Origin: a virus | Lineage: Duplodnaviria; Caudoviricetes | Strand: one strand, 5' to 3' | DNA: 64,000 nucleotides | IMG/VR virus record: IMGVR_UViG_2737471636_000001 | Location: 1 to 64,000 of that record | Shown here: one piece after another, positions 1 through 8,817 of the stretch | Position numbering within the stretch: the stretch's first letter is position 1 | How the letters are laid out: every line of letters starts with the position of its first letter | Made by a program: the position numbers and the translations under genes | Notes under the pieces: generated by a model | What the model was told of the DNA's origin: nothing | The model's input: only the letters and a program-made list of their open reading frames with translations | Database searches by the model: none

Positions 1-405
1 TTAAATTAACTGACCTGACAAAATAGCCACTTTGCGTGCAGCCACGTCAATAGTTAAACCTGCAGCATTAATCGCGGTTAGAGTATAATCAATTGCGTCT
101 TGAATAGATGGAAGCGCCATAACCACATTCTCTGATCTTGGATCATCCAATATAGACCAGAAATCGTCAATAAGAACATCTGTATGTCTTAGTTCCTTGG
201 CTTTGATACGTTCTTGTGAAGTAAAAAGCAGTTTGAAGGTTATTACATCGACGGTTAAAGGAGCAGTAGTTATGATAGGCTCATACTGCATACCATCCGG
301 ATCGAAAAATCTCCTGTCACCACACTCCCAAAATCCATAGGTTAAAACAGGATTTTTTTCTACTATAAAGGTTACATCAGCTTCAATATCTCTTATTGCT
401 GGCAT
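1..405 (-). CDS. Tail-fibre-associated hypothetical protein (possible assembly chaperone)
   Basis: 134 aa ORF directly downstream of the fibre genes, GGGAG SD. Confidence 0.6.
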   Translation of the reverse strand: MPAIRDIEADVTFIVEKNPVLTYGFWECGDRRFFDPDGMQYEPIITTAPLTVDVITFKLLFTSQERIKAKELRHTDVLIDDFWSILDDPRSENVVMALPSIQDAIDYTLTAINAAGLTIDVAARKVAILSGQLI

Positions 406-407
406 TT

Positions 408-2039
408 TTAAACTCCCGATCCAATTCCGTAAATAGTAACCAATCCAGATGCAACCATTACTCCTTTATTGCCTGCTATCGATCCGTCTCTCATGTCAAA
501 AACTTTATAAGTAGAACCGTCTATCGGATTAATTTTATAAACACCAGGTGCTGTTTGTATGGCAACAGAGCTGTCTCTTACGGCATCTTCCATAGCAACA
601 CCAATTATTGCTGTCATAGCCCACTTGCCGACGCAGATATTAACTGCATTATCTGTGCCACCACTTGTGTAATCATATGTAGCTATAAAAGTTCGATCCC
701 CACTAGGGATAAGTGAGGCTAATTTACTGCCTACCGCAGTACCAGCTGGATTAAGACCAATGGTGGTGCCTATTTTGTGAACCAACATCATATTATAGGC
801 ATCTATTACCCATACTTTGGGGCTGGAAGCATTGTTTGTTGTTGATATAGCAACGATATATCCCTCTTCGAAGAACGCATCAATGTAATAGTTGTATTGT
901 GAAGTTGATACCAATGTTATTTCCACAGTTACAAAATTTGCACCGATTAAGGGCAGTTTGGTCAAAACACATTTACTATCTGAACTTCTATGCCAGATTA
1001 GATAGAAATCACCGTCACCGAAAAGAAGTTTTACCTTGTGACTTTCAATTCCTGCAGTTGTGGCTTGGCTAAATTCACCTCCTTGAAGAATGCCAGAATT
1101 ATCAAAAACCCAGGCCTTTTGATCGGTTCCATTAGCCCTCGCAATTGAAAAATAACCTTGAGAAACTGAAATTTGCGGAAACCATGCTGCGCTAACCACA
1201 TCAAGTAGAGTAGTCGCAAAAATTTGAGCACCGGAAATAGTTTGTATACCGTAATGCAGACCAATACTGGATATCGTGTTTACACTAGAGATGGCAAAGA
1301 CAATGTTTCCGTCAGATAACTGTTTTACTTTGTGATGCTGGTTTCCTGTCGTTCCTGTTCTGGTCCAAATCGTGGTCGCTGATAGCACCGCATTACCAGA
1401 ATTATCAAATGTAACCATTTTGGATAATAATGGCGTTGAATTATCCTGGTAAACAACAGCTAGACCACCTGCTATTAATGAAATAGCGCTAAAAAATGGA
1501 GAATAACAAGTAGCTATTATTGTAGGAGGCTTTATTTCACGTAAAAACCTATCATATGCAGCCAAATATAAATTTGTGTCAATGGCATATAGTGCCGCAA
1601 TATTGCCGTTACTTAATTCTAAAATGTGATGGTTTCTAGTTAAACCGGTGTCTGTTAAAGTTATCGATTTAAGTGCAGAACCAGCAGCTGAAAGTTTATT
1701 TATTACAGCGCCGGTAATACCACCATTGTGAGTTATAAGTGAAAAAATATCATTGTATGCATCATGCAAGGTTGCCAACCTCGAATCAGCGTTCGGTGTG
1801 CTGCCACTGAAAGAAGTATGGGGAACTACACGTCCCGTGGCCTCGGATGATTGAGCTGTACCGTATGTAAGATTGCCGATGGCTGCATAATCGGAAATAT
1901 CGACACGGTAAGACTTTCCAGTCAGACCGCATAAATACAATAAATCGTTTTCGTTAACATCTTCTCCTACTCCTACACTGCTGTTTCCTATAAGTGACGA
2001 ATCTATTCCGCTCAATCCATTGTCCAAAATTCTAGCCAT
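408..2039 (-). CDS. Putative receptor-binding/tail fibre distal protein (beta-rich)
   Basis: 543 aa, Ser/Thr/Gly-rich beta-type sequence, in tail fibre operon, AT-richer than neighbours. Confidence 0.6.
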   Translation of the reverse strand: MARILDNGLSGIDSSLIGNSSVGVGEDVNENDLLYLCGLTGKSYRVDISDYAAIGNLTYGTAQSSEATGRVVPHTSFSGSTPNADSRLATLHDAYNDIFSLITHNGGITGAVINKLSAAGSALKSITLTDTGLTRNHHILELSNGNIAALYAIDTNLYLAAYDRFLREIKPPTIIATCYSPFFSAISLIAGGLAVVYQDNSTPLLSKMVTFDNSGNAVLSATTIWTRTGTTGNQHHKVKQLSDGNIVFAISSVNTISSIGLHYGIQTISGAQIFATTLLDVVSAAWFPQISVSQGYFSIARANGTDQKAWVFDNSGILQGGEFSQATTAGIESHKVKLLFGDGDFYLIWHRSSDSKCVLTKLPLIGANFVTVEITLVSTSQYNYYIDAFFEEGYIVAISTTNNASSPKVWVIDAYNMMLVHKIGTTIGLNPAGTAVGSKLASLIPSGDRTFIATYDYTSGGTDNAVNICVGKWAMTAIIGVAMEDAVRDSSVAIQTAPGVYKINPIDGSTYKVFDMRDGSIAGNKGVMVASGLVTIYGIGSGV

Positions 2040-2359
2040 TATGCATTCTCCTCAAAATAAGTAACACGGCCTGCAATGGAGTTTGAATTGGCAAAAAGTA
2101 CGATACGTTCACCAGATCCGAGAATTTCACCTGTTCGAATAAATACTCCGCCAGATGCAATAGTTAAAGACTTCCTCTCAAGTAAGTCACCATCTGTTGG
2201 AGAGCTATTTGTAGAAATATATACATTAACTGTAGCGCTAGATGAACCAAAATTTACAAGATTTATGCTAGCAACTCTCACTTTTCCAGCTGGAGTGGCT
2301 CCCGTATCCTGATTGGTGCTTGCTGGTAATGTACCAGACCATGCTTTACCTGATGGCAT
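2039..2359 (-). CDS. Small virion structural protein of tail fibre module
   Basis: 106 aa, overlapping stop/start with the downstream gene, beta-sandwich-like. Confidence 0.6.
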   Translation of the reverse strand: MPSGKAWSGTLPASTNQDTGATPAGKVRVASINLVNFGSSSATVNVYISTNSSPTDGDLLERKSLTIASGGVFIRTGEILGSGERIVLFANSNSIAGRVTYFEENA

Positions 2360-2370
2360 AATTATAATCC

Positions 2371-3066
2371 CTATATGTTTGCGAAATAGAATCGTCGTGC
2401 GCGCGAGCTTTCGTTTAGATAAGCTACCACTTCAGCTTCAGTAAGATATTGTGTATGCGGGTCAGCTGCTAAAAGGTGTGCAGCCAAATCATAACTGGTT
2501 GCGTATTGAGGGTGTGGATTGACTGCTGCAGTGTGACCAGATAAATCAATGTCTCTTGCATACTGAGGATGAGGGTCAGCATCGGCTAGATGCTCATCCA
2601 TCCGGTCCGTAACGTATTGATGCGTAGCAATTACGATGCTGTTATCCACAGATAAGTTGATTGTGGCCGCATTGCTGGTTTCCACGATCAATCGATAAAT
2701 GCTGTCTCGCGTCATGCCTTCGGGCAATACTGGCTTGGTTTCAGGCGCGGTATTTCCAATGTAAATTGCGTTTCCGGCCTGATCATCAATTCTGAATTCA
2801 CGAACAGTGAAGCCGCCCACATCAGGCAGGATAACCAGTTCAATGATGTACCAAGACGGATTGTCTTGATGCAGGGTGATTGAATTAATGGGCGCTCGAT
2901 AAACTTCATTCACCAGCGCTGTCGTTGATTTTGTGGGCGCTGGAATCGAACCGTTGCCATCGCCCAGGGCTACATCGCACAATACAACGGGCTCTCCGTT
3001 TACGGCGGCAGACGCCATCGCAGCCGCGCCAACATCGGTAAGTAGTGTGTAGTAAATATTACTCAT
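2371..3066 (-). CDS. Tail fibre N-terminal (P2 gpH/DUF3751-like) adaptor protein
   Basis: YYTLLTDVGAAA..ALGDGNG..LVNEVYRAPIN..GGFTVRE signature; three H-x-A-x-(D/N)PH-x-QY repeats. Confidence 0.85.
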   Translation of the reverse strand: MSNIYYTLLTDVGAAAMASAAVNGEPVVLCDVALGDGNGSIPAPTKSTTALVNEVYRAPINSITLHQDNPSWYIIELVILPDVGGFTVREFRIDDQAGNAIYIGNTAPETKPVLPEGMTRDSIYRLIVETSNAATINLSVDNSIVIATHQYVTDRMDEHLADADPHPQYARDIDLSGHTAAVNPHPQYATSYDLAAHLLAADPHTQYLTEAEVVAYLNESSRARRFYFANI

Positions 3067-3070
3067 AATT

Positions 3071-3790
3071 TTATGGCTTCGGATAAATTACGTTAATCGT
3101 GACCACTGTCATTGCCGCACCGGTGTACAGTTGCCAGGAATGCTCTGACGGCTGTGAAGCTGCAGGATAGATCGTCGTTGTTGCTCCGGCCATCATCGCT
3201 GCCCCTATGTAAGTTCTGTTTCTCCACGTTGTAAGCAGTGCAAAATAAAGCACCAATCTCGCCGGAATTATAGCCCTCAGTATGGGCTCCATTTTTATGA
3301 TGTTTTCCCAATCAGTCTTGCTCGAATCGATTGAGACTCTTACTCGGCTTGTGGGATATTTTGTTGCATCAGCGCGTGATAGCGGGGATAGTTCGTTGGG
3401 ATAGGAACCTGACTTAACCTGAGCCATTTGCTCAACAACGAAACCGCCCCGGAATAGCAATTGAAGGTATGTTTTCAGGAAGTGAAAGCCCCTTCCATTC
3501 TTATTTCGTGACTTCCAGGCTTTGTAGAGATACCGTGTTGCGGTTTCCTCGTTCAAGCCATCGATCAAAGCGAGTCCGTCCACGTTAACCAGCTTTCGGA
3601 TTAAATCCATTGAACCCAACTGACCATTGCCGATAACGTTTGCATCGAACGCCGTTGCAGCCATCATATCTTCAAACAGATCGATAAAAAGATTGCGCAA
3701 ATCGTTTTCAACGCCATCAACGACAAAACTATTTTTGAGCGGCTTTAAATTGGGTAGCTTGGCGTTTAGAAAATCCATTAATTGCCCCAC
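3071..3790 (-). CDS. Baseplate wedge protein (tail protein I-like position)
   Basis: Between the baseplate J-like gene and the fibre gene; RGFHFLKTYLQLLF and IIPARL motifs. Confidence 0.6.
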   Translation of the reverse strand: MGQLMDFLNAKLPNLKPLKNSFVVDGVENDLRNLFIDLFEDMMAATAFDANVIGNGQLGSMDLIRKLVNVDGLALIDGLNEETATRYLYKAWKSRNKNGRGFHFLKTYLQLLFRGGFVVEQMAQVKSGSYPNELSPLSRADATKYPTSRVRVSIDSSKTDWENIIKMEPILRAIIPARLVLYFALLTTWRNRTYIGAAMMAGATTTIYPAASQPSEHSWQLYTGAAMTVVTINVIYPKP

Positions 3791-5271
3791 GCCGGAGGCA
3801 GCACATTAACGGCTGTCACTGTGACTGTCAGGCTATCGGTAGATACAAATCTCCATAATTCCGGCCTGTATTCCCCCTCATATTCGGTGATACTTACCGT
3901 GATATCAGCGTTTGCATCCGATAAAGCCGGTATTTTTTCCTTTAGCAGCGAGTAAACTCTTTTATACAATGGCTTGACGGTGCCGCGCCGTGATCCGGGC
4001 TGAGTTTCTCCGTATTCAGCAATGATTGTTTCAATAATCTTCGACCGCACATCACTTGCAACATAGGCCGCAGATATCGTGGCCGTTATTGTCATAGGTA
4101 TTTCTGACCGAACCGGCGTCATGAATTTAACTCGGTAACTATCGTCGGCAGCAACAATAACGCTACGAATACCTTTTTGAGTTGCGGTTAGGTTTTCTTC
4201 GCTAATAAACGTTGGCGTGACCGGCGATTCAGGATCAGGCTCTTCAAGAAAGGTCTCGGTGCCGTCAGCAGACACGCATGCCACAAAAATAGTATTGATA
4301 TTGTCAACGCTTGCGCCACGTATGATTTCTTCGATCACTTCATTCCAGACTGACAGGAATTGGGTATTACTGTATGCGCGTCGTACCACAAAATCGAATT
4401 CACCCAGGAATACCGCATTGTGGTTGTAGACGGAAGGGTACTTAACAAGATCGCGCAGGGTGGTCATGCTTGGGGGATTCTGCCCCTTTTCGAGAAGGGT
4501 ATTCATGGTCATATCAACCAACAATTCTTTGGGCGAATTCAAATATTCAAATGAGAATGGTGAACCCGCCGTTGGCGATATCTCGCCCACCGTTCGAGAA
4601 ATTGTCAATTTGATGACTTTGCCGTTTGCCGGTTGGACACCAACAATGTCTGTCTGTCCGAAACGCACATAGATGCTTTGTCTGTCATCCGCTTCAACGT
4701 GGAAAACACGCTCACCAGGCCACGTATTTGTATATCTTTCACGATAAACGTATTCTCCACCCGAATCACTGACGGATATTCCGCTCAAGTGGCTGTCATC
4801 CGTGGCCGCAGGTATCTCTATCGGATAGAAGGGAACGCTACCGGAAACAGTATGATTTACGATCTCACGCTTCAATTGGATAGCGTCAACCGTGCCAGTG
4901 GCACCCGCAGCGATAACGGCTGTGGTTTCAATTATGTAAGGCAACCCGGTAGAATCAATAATTGTTCTTCCGGTGTCCACCGTAAATTCGGTAGTGTTGT
5001 TATTTTTAACCGACAATCTGACGCGCCCAGGGCTTGCTTTGCGTATCACTCCACGCAACGCGGCATCCGCTAGAACAGTGCCATCACGCACCTTTTCAAA
5101 CGGCTCTGCCATTGCGGTCTCTAATTGGGATGAGAACATAGCCAACATAGCTGCCATGGCATCGAGGTTCTGGATTATGCGTGGATCACCGGCATGGTAA
5201 AGCGCGGCAATATCAGGGTAATTCGTTATCGAGTCAGCAATTGCATTCTGGAAATCTGATTTTGTGAGCAT
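3778..5271 (-). CDS. Baseplate J-like wedge protein (P1 BplA-like)
   Basis: 497 aa; VRFG motif, position in baseplate operon. Confidence 0.7.
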   Translation of the reverse strand: MLTKSDFQNAIADSITNYPDIAALYHAGDPRIIQNLDAMAAMLAMFSSQLETAMAEPFEKVRDGTVLADAALRGVIRKASPGRVRLSVKNNNTTEFTVDTGRTIIDSTGLPYIIETTAVIAAGATGTVDAIQLKREIVNHTVSGSVPFYPIEIPAATDDSHLSGISVSDSGGEYVYRERYTNTWPGERVFHVEADDRQSIYVRFGQTDIVGVQPANGKVIKLTISRTVGEISPTAGSPFSFEYLNSPKELLVDMTMNTLLEKGQNPPSMTTLRDLVKYPSVYNHNAVFLGEFDFVVRRAYSNTQFLSVWNEVIEEIIRGASVDNINTIFVACVSADGTETFLEEPDPESPVTPTFISEENLTATQKGIRSVIVAADDSYRVKFMTPVRSEIPMTITATISAAYVASDVRSKIIETIIAEYGETQPGSRRGTVKPLYKRVYSLLKEKIPALSDANADITVSITEYEGEYRPELWRFVSTDSLTVTVTAVNVLPPAWGN

Positions 5272-5278
5272 TTTTAAG

Positions 5279-6412
5279 CTATAGAATGTACAGCGGTCGT
5301 GCCGTTATCAACCCACCGTCCAATGGCAGCGTTTTGATAAAATTGTCGTAATCCGAAAACACCCGACCCGATGGAGCGGTTAGTTTGTACTGGATTAAAC
5401 ACATACTTGCACCGATGTAAGAGCTTGTGAGTCGATCATGAAAGTCCTGCATAGTATGCAGAACGCCGGTCACTGGATTGATTTCATTAAAATCATCACC
5501 CTGCCACTGCGCGAATTTCGGCAAAATCCCATTGAAGTCCTGGTAGTACCTTAGCGCACCTTTTGGATTCCCACCCGATGCCACGGCATTGGTAGAAGCG
5601 TTCCAGTGAGTGTTGCTTGCACTTAACCAAACATGCTCGCTTTGCGCGTAATTCAGGTACCAATCCTCTGCCAGTTGCTTTGTTTGGTTGAGATCATGAT
5701 AAACCGCCGTGTTTTTGAAAGCCGCTTTCAAATCCCTTACCATCTGAATCCTTCCCGCTTGCATACTTGCACTGGATTCAGGATTCAAGGAATGACCAAA
5801 TGGAATCGTCACTGTGCCGTAACTTGCTTCACTCGTGCCAACAAATATAACATCCGGATCATCGTCATACTTTTCAGCGACAGCGGCAAACCACTCTCTA
5901 TGCCAGTTCTGGATCATGGGATCGCTATATTGCAGTACATAACCCCTACTACCGCTACCTTGCCCGATGCCTGGCTCTATACCTAAACATCCGGCATATC
6001 TGGTGTGCGCAGTTCCAGATCCAGTCCAGTTGCCTTGAACCTGCACCAAGTGCGCGGGAAGCAATAGACGCACGTCATCGCCAGCAGTTACATCAAACTC
6101 ACGCTGTTGAAACATCAGACCCGCCTTAATCCCGCGACTTCTCAGCTCATCGATCCTGCTGTCCAGTTTCGTCCAGTTGTATACACCGGGTGCAGTAACA
6201 ATTTCACCGGCACTTAGTTCAAACTGCACAAATCTCCAATTAGGATTGCCGTCTAATATAGATTTGAGGCCGCCAATGCCACCCCAACTAAATGCACCAG
6301 CACTGTCGAGTTTGTTATACGCGGATCGAGGAAATTTAATCCCGAATCCAGGTATAAAAACCTCTTTTCGATTGATCCGGCGATTTGGCCGGGAAAATAA
6401 CCCGGCTGCCAT
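5279..6412 (-). CDS. Glycoside hydrolase (GH-A clan TIM barrel, GH42/GH35-like), possibly virion-associated
   Basis: PGVYNWTKLDSRIDELRSRGIK and AVAEKYDDDPDVIFVGTSE motifs typical of beta-galactosidase-like barrels. Confidence 0.65.
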   Translation of the reverse strand: MAAGLFSRPNRRINRKEVFIPGFGIKFPRSAYNKLDSAGAFSWGGIGGLKSILDGNPNWRFVQFELSAGEIVTAPGVYNWTKLDSRIDELRSRGIKAGLMFQQREFDVTAGDDVRLLLPAHLVQVQGNWTGSGTAHTRYAGCLGIEPGIGQGSGSRGYVLQYSDPMIQNWHREWFAAVAEKYDDDPDVIFVGTSEASYGTVTIPFGHSLNPESSASMQAGRIQMVRDLKAAFKNTAVYHDLNQTKQLAEDWYLNYAQSEHVWLSASNTHWNASTNAVASGGNPKGALRYYQDFNGILPKFAQWQGDDFNEINPVTGVLHTMQDFHDRLTSSYIGASMCLIQYKLTAPSGRVFSDYDNFIKTLPLDGGLITARPLYIL

Positions 6413-7629
6413 TAGTGAACTACCTCTATGAAACGGCTGCGAACACCTATCAACTCGTTAACAGCGGAAGCAGAAAATTGGAATGTGATATCTGCTGCAC
6501 CAGCGTTGGTCTCAACATTAAATGTTGCCCCAGGTGCACCAGTTCCGTAGCCAGTGGCAGATGCTATACTGACACGAGTTTCCTGTGAGTCTGTTGCATT
6601 TTTATTGTAAACCTCAACAGGGATATGCAGAGTAGTTGCTGTGGTAATGTTGGGGGGAGTAAAGATATCATTATCACCCAACTTGACAGCAACCGTTTTA
6701 ACGCCACTTCCAGAAGCAATATAGTTGGCATCAATAATAATGCGGCTATTCTTCCTAAGCGGCGGCATTTTTGTCGGTTTCAGCTGTCCTGTTGCACCAA
6801 CAGCTGAAATAATTGGTGCAGCAGTGGATTCGCCCGGCCAAGGGAAACTTGTCTGTATCTCAGTCGAGTTAATAACTGAGGTTATTGGCAGCAGGTCATT
6901 TAAAGCAAACCCGATTGAAGCTTCGGCAATATGCAATTCAGCTTTGCCATCACACATACCACTGGTAAGCCCGTGCGGTCCACTAGCTACCAATTTGGTG
7001 AGCCCATCCACTTCACTAGCAGCCCAAGTTATGCTTGTGTTTGGAAATACAAGCGCGTGAGTTTCGTTGTCATGTAGTATCGTCACCCTTCCCACCACGG
7101 TGTATACATTTCCGTCTGAAACGGCAACGCATTTTTGCCCAGTAGCGTTTCCGCTTATGTTATCCAGAATAACGGCCATACCCGGATTGGAACTGGCTGG
7201 AGGCAAATCAGGGTCAGAAAGATCAGTATAAGTTCGGGTTTCGGTAGTATCGTAATAAGCTAAAACATAAGTGCCTGGCACTAAATTGACACCGGATATA
7301 TAAACTACCCCAATCTTCCAGTAGGTAGTCTTGAACTCTATTGAGGTTATGAGGAAAGAAACGCGTTTATTCCCAACCGCTTGTTCAAAATACAATCTTC
7401 CTCCAGCTTCGTAAGAGTTGAAGTCATCCGTCATGTCATAACCATCACTGGTAGTGGTATTGAAATACATAAAATTGCTGCCGCTTACATCAGCATCACT
7501 CAATCTGAAATATCCTCCGCCCGGATTCTGGTCAGCAGTGTTGACGCTGTAGATAAATGGCGGTCCTGCTTTCGGGCCAGTTGGTCCGGGTATACCCTCT
7601 GCGGGCGGGATGTTTATAAATCTAGGCAT
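6412..7629 (-). CDS. Putative virion fibre/appendage protein with short collagen-like N-terminus
   Basis: 405 aa, GIPGPTGP at N-terminus, beta-rich, translationally coupled to the GH gene. Confidence 0.55.
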   Translation of the reverse strand: MPRFINIPPAEGIPGPTGPKAGPPFIYSVNTADQNPGGGYFRLSDADVSGSNFMYFNTTTSDGYDMTDDFNSYEAGGRLYFEQAVGNKRVSFLITSIEFKTTYWKIGVVYISGVNLVPGTYVLAYYDTTETRTYTDLSDPDLPPASSNPGMAVILDNISGNATGQKCVAVSDGNVYTVVGRVTILHDNETHALVFPNTSITWAASEVDGLTKLVASGPHGLTSGMCDGKAELHIAEASIGFALNDLLPITSVINSTEIQTSFPWPGESTAAPIISAVGATGQLKPTKMPPLRKNSRIIIDANYIASGSGVKTVAVKLGDNDIFTPPNITTATTLHIPVEVYNKNATDSQETRVSIASATGYGTGAPGATFNVETNAGAADITFQFSASAVNELIGVRSRFIEVVH

Positions 7630-7684
7630 GTCTTACCTCAAATGGCAGTAATCAACGAAAAAATGCGATAGGAAGCTGATCTCT

Positions 7685-7981
7685 TTACTGAGAAACCTTG
7701 TGGATATGAATAACACCCTCAGTTCCATCTGAAACAAATCCAATCTTGCGATCCTTTCTAACCCGGACAGTGGCAGTTTGATTTGCTGGCACCAGGTAGC
7801 CTTTCTTGTTGCTGTAGGTTAATCCGCTCACGTCCTCATCAACCATCAAGGCGAAAGGCACGGTACCGATCACGTCATAAAACCCACATGGAAGCGCATT
7901 CGTAGCACCTGGGCTTGATGAAAGCGATGGCAATCCAGCAACTTCTTCATTTCCTTCAATATCGAGATAATCAGTAGGCAT
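7685..7981 (-). CDS. Hypothetical virion protein
   Basis: 98 aa ORF with AAGGA SD in late operon. Confidence 0.6.
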   Translation of the reverse strand: MPTDYLDIEGNEEVAGLPSLSSSPGATNALPCGFYDVIGTVPFALMVDEDVSGLTYSNKKGYLVPANQTATVRVRKDRKIGFVSDGTEGVIHIHKVSQ

Positions 7982-8011
7982 GATTCGTCCTTAATTTAAG
8001 ATATAAAATGA

Positions 8012-8302
8012 TTACAAACCCGGAACCTGAATGCCTTGACCGGCAACCTCGATTACCAGATCAAGTCGATCAGGGGGTGTTTGCACGCTGTATAAATTGA
8101 CTGATCCGTCAGGAATGGACTGCAGCACCGGCACATCAACACGCAGTTTCTGCAACACAGCCTCTGGCTCACCGCTCGAAAGAGGGTTTTGCAAGAGAGC
8201 TTTGATGTCCTGACCATAATCAGAGCCAAGGTACCCATTGACCGGTGTTTTTAGCCAATGCGAAACCATGTCTTGAATGTTGTTGCCAGTGATAGTAGCC
8301 AT
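8012..8302 (-). CDS. Baseplate gp25-like (P1 gp26-like) protein
   Basis: HWLKTPVNGYLGSDYG motif. Confidence 0.7.
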   Translation of the reverse strand: MATITGNNIQDMVSHWLKTPVNGYLGSDYGQDIKALLQNPLSSGEPEAVLQKLRVDVPVLQSIPDGSVNLYSVQTPPDRLDLVIEVAGQGIQVPGL

Positions 8303-8308
8303 GCATCA

Positions 8309-8348
8309 ATATTAATGATGCTGATTACCGCTTTATGGCTGGTTTTCC
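8309..8348 (-). promoter_or_regulatory. Putative late promoter GGAAAA-N28-TAATAT
   Basis: One of 8 copies of the motif at fixed spacing upstream of structural operons. Confidence 0.7.
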
Positions 8349-8385
8349 TGAAATTGAAGTTATCAGGGGGAATTGGGGGTATTGG

Positions 8386-8802
8386 TTATTTTTGCTCGGG
8401 TGTTTCCATGTCAATATCGAAAAGCGTCCAGAATTCTCCGCTCTCTCCATCAAGCATGAACTGGTTGCTGTGAATCATCTGTGATTTTAGATATTCAGTG
8501 CGGAATTCATCGGCCATAATCAAGGTTTCGATATCAGAATCGCCGTGATAAGCCTGTTTTATGAGGGGATCGGACTGATCCCCAAGGGAATACCCGTTTG
8601 CGTTTATAACATCTTTGAGAGCCCACCAGTAAGGACCATAATCCCGATATCTCAGCCGGTCTTTACTCAGTCTTTCGGCAATCACGCCTAAACCGAAGGC
8701 TAACAGGTTAGAGAATCCACGGTTAGTCACCAAACCTTTCTTGCGCTCATGGATAATGTCGCTGATAACATCTTTATCAAATAAATATTCAGTGAAATTC
8801 AT
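8386..8802 (-). CDS. ulx: Ulx-like protein (P1 antirestriction/DarB packaging factor)
   Basis: RYRDYGPYW matches recalled P1 Ulx YRSYGPYW; immediately downstream of darB as in P1. Confidence 0.75.
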   Translation of the reverse strand: MNFTEYLFDKDVISDIIHERKKGLVTNRGFSNLLAFGLGVIAERLSKDRLRYRDYGPYWWALKDVINANGYSLGDQSDPLIKQAYHGDSDIETLIMADEFRTEYLKSQMIHSNQFMLDGESGEFWTLFDIDMETPEQK

Positions 8803-8817
8803 TGCAAGTTTCCCATG

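Noticed and set aside
3279-3289. 11-nt match (AGTATGGGCTC) between the copy B loop and a baseplate gene
   Set aside because: Short enough to be expected by chance in 64 kb
1-7629. Diversity-generating retroelement or invertible tail fibre segment
   Set aside because: No reverse transcriptase, TR/VR pair or invertase found in the window
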